This document shows positions 50,322-59,088 of a stretch of DNA of 64,000 nucleotides, one piece after another. Numbering within the stretch: the stretch's first letter is position 1; each line of letters opens with the position of its first letter. Made by a program: the position numbers and the translations under genes. This stretch comes from a virus. The stretch lies in IMG/VR virus record IMGVR_UViG_3300007735_000801; one strand, given 5' to 3'. The notes under the pieces were generated by a model. The model made no database searches and was not told where the DNA came from. It saw only the letters and a program-made list of their open reading frames with translations.

Positions 50322-52453
50322 AAAGAAGAATCTCTTGAAGTATCTGATCTCTGATGTTGGGATTTTCTGAGAATCAGAGTATGAGCAATTGTTGACGGAT
50401 CTAATTGATTCAACGGACCATGAGTTTTTGGATCATGAGGAACCACTCCTGCAAGAGCAGGATGGAACTTTTCACCATCTTTGTTGAGTTTTTGTGAACC
50501 GTGAATCTTACCCATGCTTGACATAATGGCTTGAAGGCTTGCTTGTGCCGCAGGATTATCTGGAAATATTTGTTGTCCAACAGGCATAATCATTTGTGTC
50601 CCTTGCTCTTTGCTGCGCCTATTTCTTTGATCAAGAGATACATCAGCTTCTTGACCGCCACCTTTGTCTTGACTTTCAGGTTCACTTATTGTTCCGCCTT
50701 CAAGTGCGGAATGTATATGTTCCATGCCTTTTCTGTCTGTGCGATATGATTCAGGATTAATCAAACCCGATTGTATTGCACGTCTAACTTTATCCATGCC
50801 CCAGTGTTCTTGTTCCATTAATTTTTGTGCCAACACTTGGCGATAGTGTTCAACAATTTGCTGCTTTTCTGGAGTAAAAGATTCCCATTGATGTTCGGTA
50901 TGATATTTACCACCTGGCATTTTATCAAATCCTTGAGCAGCATCATTATCTTCAACAAACTTCTTTTCATCTGGAGACAATTGATGATAAGAAGCAGAAT
51001 TCCAGCGAACTCTCTTCAAGTCTTCTTGATTAGTTGCTGGTCGTTGAACATGGCGTTGATTCAGTTGACCAGCAGGAATACCTGGCTCAGTTATTTGAAC
51101 TGGTGTTACTCCACGAGCTGGAGGAGATGCCGCAACCTTTTCTGCACCAGATCTATCTGTAATCTGTTTTGCTGTTGAAATCAATTGTTGATCAACAGTT
51201 TGCTTCTTTGGAGATGCAGACGTTTCTGTTCCAATTTCTCGTCCAACAAAAGTGTCTGGATAATAATATTTCTTTCCTGCTGCGCCAGCTGATCCAGCTC
51301 CACCTGCCGAGCCAGCTCCACCTGCTGAGCCAACTCCACCTGCCGAGCCAACTCCACCAGATGTTCTAGAATTATTAGAATTATTATCGTCTTGTGATGG
51401 AACATAAGGAATACCTGGTGTTCCCTTTGGATAACCAAGAACTTTTGCTGCACCAGCTGCTAGTACACCAATTTCAGCAGCTGTTCTCAATAAATTGCCG
51501 TTTGGTTTTGGTGTAGTGGAACCAGGCATTTTAGTTCCTTCGATACCCTTAATAACAGGATTAGGTACAGGATCTGGCATTGGGGGCGGATACTTTGGAC
51601 CACCGTCTCCTCTTTCTTTCCATTGTGTGTCTCCTGGAGTTGGGCGAGGAACTTCAAAGCGTTCACTACCACCTGTACTAGTTCCCTCTTTTCCTGTAGC
51701 TAGAGTATTATGAGAATTAATAGGTTCTTGAGTCTTTATAACAGGAACAGCCCTTCCTTGACCTGGTCCTACTGCTAGAGGATAATTAACCTCTCCAGTC
51801 TTAGGAAATAATGGCTGAGATCTTCCTAAATTTAATAAATTATTTTTCCAATTAGGATCAAACTTATACATTGTGCCAGGATAAGAAATAGGAGACATTC
51901 GATCACCTCCAACAGTAACCTTTACTCCTGACTTGTCCACACCACCAGCAATTTCAGCAGCGGTGCGTAAATCTCTTGGGGTATTGTTAATTGTAGAAAT
52001 AGGTTCCGCTGATGCATTAGGATCAAATGGATCTGATGCCATTCGTTGTTTTGGATCTAAAGGTATACTTTGCTTGGCGACTCTAGTTCCTTTTTTGGTT
52101 AATCTTAAACCAGCTGCATCACGCATAATTTCAGTAGTTGTCTTGGGTGGTTTAGGAGAATATATCTTTCCTGTTGCAGTTGTTAGAGTAGGAGTCGCAA
52201 TTCCAGAAAATAGATCAGGTTCTACAGCCTTTGCTGCTGCTGCTGCTTCCATTTCTGCTGCTTTTGTTGCTGCTGCTGCTTCTTTTTCTATTGCCTTCTC
52301 TCCTGCCTTTAATAGATCTTTTCCTAGAAATTCCTCTCCAGCCTTTATGGCTGCTTTTATTCCTGCCTTAATTGCTCCTGCTTGTTCATTAAGATTGGTA
52401 CGATTCCAAATGGCTTTAATTAGATCGGTTTCACTGTTTACTGGTTTTTGCAT
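50318..52453 (-). CDS. Hypothetical 711-aa low-complexity protein, candidate internal virion protein
   Basis: NLNE and LME sites, Ala/Lys-rich helix, GGxGSA repeats; CCTAAATA box at 52476-52483 and AAGGA SD. Confidence 0.6.
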   Translation of the reverse strand: MQKPVNSETDLIKAIWNRTNLNEQAGAIKAGIKAAIKAGEEFLGKDLLKAGEKAIEKEAAAATKAAEMEAAAAAKAVEPDLFSGIATPTLTTATGKIYSPKPPKTTTEIMRDAAGLRLTKKGTRVAKQSIPLDPKQRMASDPFDPNASAEPISTINNTPRDLRTAAEIAGGVDKSGVKVTVGGDRMSPISYPGTMYKFDPNWKNNLLNLGRSQPLFPKTGEVNYPLAVGPGQGRAVPVIKTQEPINSHNTLATGKEGTSTGGSERFEVPRPTPGDTQWKERGDGGPKYPPPMPDPVPNPVIKGIEGTKMPGSTTPKPNGNLLRTAAEIGVLAAGAAKVLGYPKGTPGIPYVPSQDDNNSNNSRTSGGVGSAGGVGSAGGAGSAGGAGSAGAAGKKYYYPDTFVGREIGTETSASPKKQTVDQQLISTAKQITDRSGAEKVAASPPARGVTPVQITEPGIPAGQLNQRHVQRPATNQEDLKRVRWNSASYHQLSPDEKKFVEDNDAAQGFDKMPGGKYHTEHQWESFTPEKQQIVEHYRQVLAQKLMEQEHWGMDKVRRAIQSGLINPESYRTDRKGMEHIHSALEGGTISEPESQDKGGGQEADVSLDQRNRRSKEQGTQMIMPVGQQIFPDNPAAQASLQAIMSSMGKIHGSQKLNKDGEKFHPALAGVVPHDPKTHGPLNQLDPSTIAHTLILRKSQHQRSDTSRDSSF
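51287..51358 (-). repeat. 4 x 18-bp tandem repeat encoding GG(V/A)GSA
   Basis: Visible ccagctccacctgccgag-type units. Confidence 0.85.
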
Positions 52454-52516
52454 AAAGGGTTCCTTTTTTCTACTTTATTTAGGCTTTTTATACTTTGTCC
52501 GTATACATACTATTGT

Positions 52517-53281
52517 ATGAAATACCTCAGGCTTGCTGCAATAAGTTTCGCAGTAGTCTTCGTGGTGCTCCTCTTGAGGCACAAAGAAGCAAAGCCTGTA
52601 CTACCTAAAATCAATCTTCCTAGTCCAGCAACCATAGTTGATGATATCCTAGAGATAGACAGTTATCCAGGTTTCACTGTGGTAACTGATGACTGTGCAG
52701 ATACCTATAAATGTGTGGGAGAAATCTTGGTTACTGGTGGTCGCTTCATTGGCAGTGGAACATTGATTGCTCCTAAAGTAGTGGTTACTGCGGCACACGT
52801 AATTAAAGATTCTGAACTAGAGTATTTTCGAACAAACAACCAGTGCTACAAGATTAGAAAATCTGTGGCACACCCAGATTATACAGAGGAAGGAAGTGGT
52901 AAAAATGATATCGGTTTACTTTTCTTGGAGGAAGCGTGTCTAGAAACTCCTGCAGAGTTACAGACAGATCCCCAAGACCTAAAGCGAGGAGAACTGTTAA
53001 CAACAGTTGGATTCTCTCATAAAATTAAAAAAATTAGTAATGAACACACTTTCTGGTATTATGGAACAATTGTGGAGCAACCAACCTATATTCGTTTTCT
53101 TGCCTACAAAGGAAACATCTGGCTTGGTGATTCTGGTGGTGCCGTATTCGAAGACGGCGGCAAGCTGACAGGAGTAATATCTGCACTTATGATTATGGAG
53201 TACTCTGTGGTGGATCAGATTGCTGCACGAGTAGACCTGTACGTTCCTTGGATCAGACAGATGGAGAAGATCAATGAGTAG
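52517..53281 (+). CDS. Membrane-anchored/secreted trypsin-like (S1) serine protease
   Basis: N-terminal hydrophobic segment; TAAHV, NDIGL, GDSGG triad; TATACATA box 7 nt upstream. Confidence 0.9.
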   Translation: MKYLRLAAISFAVVFVVLLLRHKEAKPVLPKINLPSPATIVDDILEIDSYPGFTVVTDDCADTYKCVGEILVTGGRFIGSGTLIAPKVVVTAAHVIKDSELEYFRTNNQCYKIRKSVAHPDYTEEGSGKNDIGLLFLEEACLETPAELQTDPQDLKRGELLTTVGFSHKIKKISNEHTFWYYGTIVEQPTYIRFLAYKGNIWLGDSGGAVFEDGGKLTGVISALMIMEYSVVDQIAARVDLYVPWIRQMEKINE

Positions 53282-53354
53282 GGTTCAACGAGGTTTAGTT
53301 GCAGTCTGTAGCTTTCTAGTCGGAGTTATTCTGGCTAGAGTGCTGGGATTTTAG
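53274..53354 (+). CDS. 26-aa hydrophobic peptide (not in ORF track)
   Basis: MSRVQRGLVAVCSFLVGVILARVLGF; GGAG SD; overlaps protease stop. Confidence 0.4.
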   Translation: MSRVQRGLVAVCSFLVGVILARVLGF

Positions 53355-53834
53355 TTAGTGTGTATGTCTTTCGTAATCTTCTCTGGCAATGTTTAGTGGC
53401 TTATCGTATCTGAATGGTTTAGTAGGAATTATTAATGTTGGATCGAATATAGGATTTCTACGTGCCTCTGAGGCAACTCTAGGATCTGGGTGTTCTCCTG
53501 CTACACGAACAGTCCATAAATCATTTATTCCTCTAGGATGACGAAGACCTGCCAAAGCAACTTCAGCATCTGGATTTTTTACTGCATTACGAGTTGTCTG
53601 CCAATATGCAAAACGATGGTTTAGTGCTGCCATAACAGCTGCTGGATCTGAATGTTTTGATGCAAATGCAGTTGTTTCGTAATTTGATTCTGGATCACTT
53701 AATGCGGCTATTACAACTGCAGGATCTGAATGTTGTGCTTGAATATTTAGTTGTTCTGTGGTGGTAGAGCGACTTGGGCGATGTTCTTTTGGAGACTCTT
53801 CTGCTTCGTTTAAATATTCTAGAAAGTTTTTCAT
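53355..53834 (-). CDS. Candidate internal head protein with HEAT/LRV-like repeats
   Basis: MKNFLEYLNE N-terminus; four (H/N)(S/P)D(P/A)...A(L/R)...P repeats; TATAAATA 6 nt upstream. Confidence 0.7.
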   Translation of the reverse strand: MKNFLEYLNEAEESPKEHRPSRSTTTEQLNIQAQHSDPAVVIAALSDPESNYETTAFASKHSDPAAVMAALNHRFAYWQTTRNAVKNPDAEVALAGLRHPRGINDLWTVRVAGEHPDPRVASEARRNPIFDPTLIIPTKPFRYDKPLNIAREDYERHTH

Positions 53835-53843
53835 ATACCCTAT

Positions 53844-54458
53844 TTATACTTCACTAGTAGGAAGCATTCCCCTTGAAGATCTTTGATTATTTATTTTTCT
53901 TAATCTTTGGTCTTCATCTGATTTAATTTTATTTGTTTCTGCTTGTTGTGCAATATTTTTATTTGATTGTTGTTGCTGTTTAGTGTAATCATCTGGAGCA
54001 ATTACATTTTTAATGGAATTATAAATAACTCCTGGAGTTTCTTTTACTGCATTTATTATATTATTTCGATACTCACTCACTTTTTCAGTAGAATTAAGAG
54101 GAGTATATACCGAAGGAAAATTAACTCCCTTAGCAGTTCTGTCAGAAGCAGCTTTAAATCCTGCTTGGTTTCCTACTAATCCGCCAGATTCTTCTCTATT
54201 ATGATCAAATCTTAAACCTAAATCTGAATTTAATCTTTTTTCTGTACTCATTCTAGAATCATCTTCTCCTGGTTTTGCCATAAATCCTAGTTTACTATTA
54301 GCTAATGTCCAATAATTTGTTGTATGATCTCCACCATATAGATCTGCCATAAATCCAACATTACGGTTACCTTCTCCCCATTCAGCATCATCGGGAGTAA
54401 CAAAAAATGGACTTTTTGGTTTAGATTCTTCTCTTAAAAATTCGATAAAGCTTTTCAT
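53844..54458 (-). CDS. Candidate internal head protein
   Basis: MKSFIEFLRE N-terminus; TATAAATA 6 nt upstream. Confidence 0.65.
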   Translation of the reverse strand: MKSFIEFLREESKPKSPFFVTPDDAEWGEGNRNVGFMADLYGGDHTTNYWTLANSKLGFMAKPGEDDSRMSTEKRLNSDLGLRFDHNREESGGLVGNQAGFKAASDRTAKGVNFPSVYTPLNSTEKVSEYRNNIINAVKETPGVIYNSIKNVIAPDDYTKQQQQSNKNIAQQAETNKIKSDEDQRLRKINNQRSSRGMLPTSEV

Positions 54459-54464
54459 ATACTA

Positions 54465-54482
54465 TATTTATACTCCTAAATA
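54465..54482. promoter_or_regulatory. Back-to-back divergent late promoters
   Basis: TATAAATA on - (54465-54472) and CCTAAATA on + (54475-54482) in a 29-bp gap. Confidence 0.7.
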
Positions 54483-54487
54483 CCTAT

Positions 54488-55045
54488 GTGATTATCGCAG
54501 GTATAGATTATTCCATGACAAGTCCAAGCATCTGTGTGTTCAACTCCACAGAGCCTTTCAAGTTTCAGAGATGTTCCTTCTACTTTCTGAGCGATGTAAA
54601 GAAAAATCAAAAATTATTCCTGACCAATATTCGTGGAGATCCGTTTGATGACTGGAACTCTGATTTTGCTCGATTTGAAAGCATATCAGACTGGGCACTA
54701 CAGATGTGCATAGGATGCGACCAGATAGCCCTAGAAGGGTATGCATACGGTGCAAAGGGTAAAGTGTTTCATATTGCAGAGAACACTGGCGTTCTCAAAT
54801 ATCGTCTGCATCAACTAAGTATTCCAGTAGAAGTGATTCCTCCGAGTGCCGTAAAGAAGCAGGCTGCTGGCAAGGGCAACGCAAACAAAGAAGAGATGTA
54901 TCAGGCATTTCTAATGGAGACTGGAATAGATCTGAAGGGAACTATTAGTCCAGACAAGAAAGATGTCGGAAACCCCGTTTCCGACATCGTGGATTCTTAT
55001 TATATCTGTAAGAGTCTCTACACCAAACTTAAGAGTTTGGGTTGA
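54488..55045 (+). CDS. RuvC-like Holliday junction resolvase
   Basis: IAGIDYS, IALEGYAYG, IAENTGVLK, PSAVKK.A.GKGNA.KEEM, DIVDSY. Confidence 0.82.
   Translation: MIIAGIDYSMTSPSICVFNSTEPFKFQRCSFYFLSDVKKNQKLFLTNIRGDPFDDWNSDFARFESISDWALQMCIGCDQIALEGYAYGAKGKVFHIAENTGVLKYRLHQLSIPVEVIPPSAVKKQAAGKGNANKEEMYQAFLMETGIDLKGTISPDKKDVGNPVSDIVDSYYICKSLYTKLKSLG
54956..54988 (-). terminator. Putative terminator for the - strand operon, embedded in the resolvase gene
   Basis: Perfect 12-bp stem GATGTCGGAAAC/GTTTCCGACATC followed on - by TTTCTT. Confidence 0.55.
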
Positions 55046-55065
55046 TCTTAAAGACTTTCAGAGTA

Positions 55066-56454
55066 TTAATTATCCAAGCCGTAACGCTTAATATGAGTGT
55101 CTAAATCAGTATCGTCTGGATGGTTAGCAGACGGATCGCCGTCACGCAAATCCACAGGAATCAATTCTTTTTCTGCTTTAGAAACTAAACCATCACCATT
55201 TAGATCTTGAGCACCTGCTGGTCTACCTTTACCAAGTTTTACTCTGAAAGGATTTGCTGCACGAGCCTTGGCAAATTCTTCTGGAGAAGCACCTGCTGGT
55301 GTACCTCCACCTGGTGTATTTTCGTGCATCGGCATACGATTGCCGTTCACCCAGAGTCCTGGATTTTGTGCGTCTTGGCTTTTGGTTTGCATACTCTGGA
55401 GATGTGTCAAGAACATAGATCTGTTTGTGTTTTCTTGCATTGGAGCAGACTTTGATTTAGGTTTATCTGCCTTTGATTTATTTCTGTTGTTCCATGCTTT
55501 CATCATATCATCAACCATTTTACCTCGTTCTTCAACACTAGCATTGGGAAAACCTTTTTTTATTTGATTTGTAAAAGTAATAAGAGGTAAACCTATAGGA
55601 TGATTTTCGTTTTCTTCTTGAAGACCAGCAACAACAGCTTTTGCTGCGTTTTGATCTTGTTCGTAAGCCGAGTCTGGTGAATAGACTGGTAGACCCTGAG
55701 CCCTTCGTCGTTTTATTGCTGCTGCTCTTTGGTCTAGTTCGTCGTATGTTGAATCTTTAGCGTATTCAAGTGGATTTCTTGTGTTGGTAACAACCTTGTC
55801 TTGGTCTTGTAACTGTGCTCGTACTCTATCAGCCTTTACTGATGCATCAATTTCAGCAGAAAGTGCAGCACTTCTAGCTGCTTCTTCTGGTGTAACTTCT
55901 CTGTTGCCGTCTGCGTCAACTGGAGGAACAACAAGCTGAAGGTAATTATTTCGACCAGATTTTGGTTTAAAAAATGAACTAGTAGATGGATCTAATTTTC
56001 TGGCAAGTTCTTCTTGCATCGGTTCAGGTTGCATTGCTCCAGGAGCTCTACCACCACTAAGATTACCTCTTGCAATTTGCTTAGCCATAAGTTCTATTTC
56101 TGCATCTGCTACATTAGTTAATGGATTATAAATATCAGGATTACCATTTGGATTCATTCTAGCATCTTCTCTGTATAAGTTTTCAACATTTACTCTAGCT
56201 GGATTTCTATTACCAGAATTAGCATTCCAAACTTGCCGTGTTGTTGGGCTCATTGATCTGGCTGCTGCTCCTGTAGTGGATGCAGGTAAACCATCCAATC
56301 CATTACCCATTGGATCTATTACTTTTTCCTTATCCATATTACCTTTTCCTTCTTGGATAGGCATGCGATTGCCATTCACCCAGAGTCCTGGGTTCTGTGA
56401 GTTCTGGCTATTGGTTTGCATACTCTTTAAAAAAGATAGAAACATTGGGTTCAT
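55066..56454 (-). CDS. Hypothetical 462-aa protein with duplicated 32-aa module
   Basis: MFL..L.SMQT.SQ..QNPGLWVNGNRMP..E twice; ACTAAATA box at 56476-56483 and AAGGA SD. Confidence 0.7.
   Translation of the reverse strand: MNPMFLSFLKSMQTNSQNSQNPGLWVNGNRMPIQEGKGNMDKEKVIDPMGNGLDGLPASTTGAAARSMSPTTRQVWNANSGNRNPARVNVENLYREDARMNPNGNPDIYNPLTNVADAEIELMAKQIARGNLSGGRAPGAMQPEPMQEELARKLDPSTSSFFKPKSGRNNYLQLVVPPVDADGNREVTPEEAARSAALSAEIDASVKADRVRAQLQDQDKVVTNTRNPLEYAKDSTYDELDQRAAAIKRRRAQGLPVYSPDSAYEQDQNAAKAVVAGLQEENENHPIGLPLITFTNQIKKGFPNASVEERGKMVDDMMKAWNNRNKSKADKPKSKSAPMQENTNRSMFLTHLQSMQTKSQDAQNPGLWVNGNRMPMHENTPGGGTPAGASPEEFAKARAANPFRVKLGKGRPAGAQDLNGDGLVSKAEKELIPVDLRDGDPSANHPDDTDLDTHIKRYGLDN
55321..56445 (-). 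repeat. 96-bp direct repeat (56350-56445 and 55321-55416)
   Basis: Shared ttcacccagagtcctgg and ttggtttgcatactct blocks. Confidence 0.85.
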
Positions 56455-56486
56455 TTTATTCCTTTGGTTATACTGTATTTAGTGTT

Positions 56487-56780
56487 TTAACAATTCCACT
56501 TGCGAAGAGCCAGTGCTTTACGAGTAGGCTCTCCATTTGGTTTTTTCATGGCTCCAGGCATTCCGCCCATTCTGGCACAAAAAGATTTTCTTCTTTTTGC
56601 TGCTTTAGAGCCCTTTTTTAGTTTAGAAGGAGGTGTTGTTACTGCCGTCTGTAATTTACTTCCAGGATGTTCCCTTCGGTAAGAACGAATACCTTCAGGA
56701 TTCAAACCACCCTCAGGATTCTTTCCTTCTTTGCGTGTCCATGCCGCAGTTTCGTTTAGGTATTCTTGAAACGATTTCAT
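56487..56780 (-). CDS. Basic small protein (DUF6321-like) with capsid-targeting-like N-terminus
   Basis: MKSFQEYLNE then AWTRKEGKNPEGGLN...RRKSFCARM...ALRKWNC. Confidence 0.72.
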   Translation of the reverse strand: MKSFQEYLNETAAWTRKEGKNPEGGLNPEGIRSYRREHPGSKLQTAVTTPPSKLKKGSKAAKRRKSFCARMGGMPGAMKKPNGEPTRKALALRKWNC

Positions 56781-57475
56781 GCTGGTGTTACTTTCTTTCC
56801 AAATGCTCCGTGCATTCCTACTCTAGACTTTTCTGCCTTCTTCTTTTTTAGCTCTTCGGAAGACATCTCTCCTGTTGTCTTTGGTGTACTTTTATTTATT
56901 CTTTTGGTTGGTCTGCAGTATTCGTTTTTTCCACCTGCACCACAAGCTTTACCGCTCTTCGTGTCTTTCCACTTCTCTGCTCCCCATCGTTTAAGGTTTG
57001 CTCCACTTTTAGTTTTGCGAACATCACCCTTTGATTTACGACATTTAGCAGTTGCTTGTGCTGCTCTGGCACTCCACTTGCCGTAACTTGCCATTACCTT
57101 TCGATAACAAGCATCCCGTTCTTCGGTTAGTTTTGGTGGAATTTTTTGACCATTAAAAAATGTACTAATAATACCAGTTGGGTGTGGTTCATCTGAAACA
57201 AAATGTCTTCCTGTTATTGGGTGTTTAATAACATATTGAACTTTATTCTCACTAGATAATGTTGCATCTTTTTCTGCTGTAGCTAAATCATCTGTGGAAT
57301 TTGTTACAGGTTTATCTGTTGAAGTCTTTGTATACCCAGGCAAAGAAGTTAAATTATATCTTCTTGCTGTTGCATTACCAGAATCAGAAAGTTGCCATGC
57401 TCTGCTACCTCTTTGTAGTGCAAAACTTCTAGCAAATGATTTTTCTTCGGTTAGATATTCTTTAAAAGATTTCAT
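56777..57475 (-). CDS. Basic multi-module protein (DUF5872-like C-terminus) with capsid-targeting-like N-terminus
   Basis: MKSFKEYLTE; KLTE then DACYRKV...CRK; LKRWGAEKW...CG...CRP..R....TPKT. Confidence 0.7.
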   Translation of the reverse strand: MKSFKEYLTEEKSFARSFALQRGSRAWQLSDSGNATARRYNLTSLPGYTKTSTDKPVTNSTDDLATAEKDATLSSENKVQYVIKHPITGRHFVSDEPHPTGIISTFFNGQKIPPKLTEERDACYRKVMASYGKWSARAAQATAKCRKSKGDVRKTKSGANLKRWGAEKWKDTKSGKACGAGGKNEYCRPTKRINKSTPKTTGEMSSEELKKKKAEKSRVGMHGAFGKKVTPA

Positions 57476-57714
57476 GAATCTGCATTAATCTTTTTTCGTT
57501 TAACCAACACAGTCCATCCCCAGGCTACTGCCAAGAAGAGAACAGGAAGATACCACAAAATCCATCCCCAACCATTTCGTTGAGAAATGGTGTCTGCGTG
57601 TTGTGCCGCATTGGTGGAAATATCAGGAATGATTACAGGAGTTGTGTTGCAGGCAGTAAAAAAACAAAAAATTGTCAACGCCAATACCAAACGAGCCTTT
57701 GTGATAAGTTTCAT
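57472..57714 (-). CDS. Lipoprotein with C-terminal TM helix (spanin-like architecture)
   Basis: Signal peptide ending FTA-C; C-terminal Trp-rich TM followed by KRKK. Confidence 0.55.
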   Translation of the reverse strand: MKLITKARLVLALTIFCFFTACNTTPVIIPDISTNAAQHADTISQRNGWGWILWYLPVLFLAVAWGWTVLVKRKKINADS

Positions 57715-57723
57715 ATAATCTCC

Positions 57724-58161
57724 TTAAGATTTATTGCTGGCTGCAGCTGATCCAAAATAAAATCCTACAATTGAAAGTAAGATCTGTCGATTTTCACTAG
57801 TGAACAAATACCCATTTATTTCCACAAAGAATTTTCGTGTAGAAGAAGGAATCAAACCAAACAGTCCCTCTGGTGTGGTTGCATCAACTTCCACAAATGT
57901 TGGTGTGCCAAAGAACGGCAATATGAATGGAGCAAGTAGTGTGGCAAACAGAACTCCCAAGACAATAACTTGGCGCACAACACGTCCAGCATCCACTGAG
58001 ACACGCTGCACGGCTTTATCTTGATTCTCAGTTGTCTGCTTGTTCGCAGCCATGAGTTGATTAAACATCTCTTTTTGGTCTTGACTCTTCTGAGCCATGT
58101 AACGAAAAAGGAATCCAGTGAATCCGCCACCAATGAGTGAAATTAGTTCAGTTGGTATCAT
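57724..58161 (-). CDS. Multi-TM membrane protein, holin candidate
   Basis: Two to three hydrophobic segments, terminal ILLSIVGFYFGS; CCTAAATA box at 58177-58184 and AGGAG SD. Confidence 0.6.
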   Translation of the reverse strand: MIPTELISLIGGGFTGFLFRYMAQKSQDQKEMFNQLMAANKQTTENQDKAVQRVSVDAGRVVRQVIVLGVLFATLLAPFILPFFGTPTFVEVDATTPEGLFGLIPSSTRKFFVEINGYLFTSENRQILLSIVGFYFGSAAASNKS

Positions 58162-58708
58162 TTGATTCTCCTGTAGTATTTAGGCTATTCTTCTTTCTAC
58201 GTCCCATATATCGTCCTGCACTTTGTTGTATTCGTTTTTGAACGGAAACAGGGATTCCAAGGTCATCAGGTTTCATTCCAGCTACGCCACCTGCGGCTAC
58301 GCTATTAGCAATAGGTGCAGCTGCTCCTTCTCCGTCTTCCTGTAAAAGACCGCAAGCTCGTAATTCACGCATTGCTCCTTCCAAGAACATGGCACCATTG
58401 CCGCCAGCTTTTTCACACTCTTCTGTGAACAGAGCAAGAGCTGCAGGAACATTAGTAAGATGAGCACGAACATAAGGATCAGGAACTTTGACTAGTAGAC
58501 GTTTTAAAGAGACAATTAGTTGTTCGAATGGAGTGAACTGTTGCAGTTCTCTCTGAGACAATTCCTCAACAGATTTTAATTGTTTTCCGTTAGCGTCAAT
58601 GATACCCATACTGTAAGCTGGCATTCTGGTGAATGGAGTTGTCAGGGCATCAATGAATTTATACAGAGTAAAATTAGTAATAATTTCAGTTAATTTACTA
58701 GGCTTCAT
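58148..58708 (-). CDS. Conserved T4-like hypothetical protein
   Basis: YKFI..LTTPF...PAY..GIID..GK.LK...T.F..L...LKR pattern; LQE site followed by APIANSVAAGGVAG. Confidence 0.7.
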   Translation of the reverse strand: MKPSKLTEIITNFTLYKFIDALTTPFTRMPAYSMGIIDANGKQLKSVEELSQRELQQFTPFEQLIVSLKRLLVKVPDPYVRAHLTNVPAALALFTEECEKAGGNGAMFLEGAMRELRACGLLQEDGEGAAAPIANSVAAGGVAGMKPDDLGIPVSVQKRIQQSAGRYMGRRKKNSLNTTGESNDTN

Positions 58709-59085
58709 ACAATTTCCTTTAAAACTTTCATTATTCGATGATCTAACGGAATATCATCTATTTTAACTTCTGGTACCCTTTTAGGTAGGATTTGTAGAAA
58801 GTACAGAAATGTTTTTAGGTATGAATGATATCTGGGTTCAGTTTTAAAGAACAGAATTCGTGAACAAGCTTCAACCCCAAACACATTATTAAGTATCAGT
58901 ATATGATTGAGCAGCAAACGATCTTTGAGTGTTTTCTTTAAATCATACTTATTAAATAACCGTTTAATGTATTTAATTCTATTTAAATCATCATAGAATT
59001 CTGAAATCCCTATACAGTTGGGATTGTCATACATTTTAATGGCATAAAGAAGAAAAGTGTCTTCACTCAAAGGTTCATAAAGCAT
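58705..59085 (-). CDS. Conserved T4-like hypothetical protein
   Basis: FLLYAIKMYDNP.C....EFYDDL.RIKYIKRL...RLLLNHI.IL.NVFG. Confidence 0.75.
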   Translation of the reverse strand: MLYEPLSEDTFLLYAIKMYDNPNCIGISEFYDDLNRIKYIKRLFNKYDLKKTLKDRLLLNHILILNNVFGVEACSRILFFKTEPRYHSYLKTFLYFLQILPKRVPEVKIDDIPLDHRIMKVLKEIV

Positions 59086-59088
59086 ATT

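Noticed and set aside
51287-51358. Short tandem repeats (also 7700-7775 and the collagen region) as CRISPR arrays
   Set aside because: No unique spacers; unit lengths are multiples of 3 and encode low-complexity peptide
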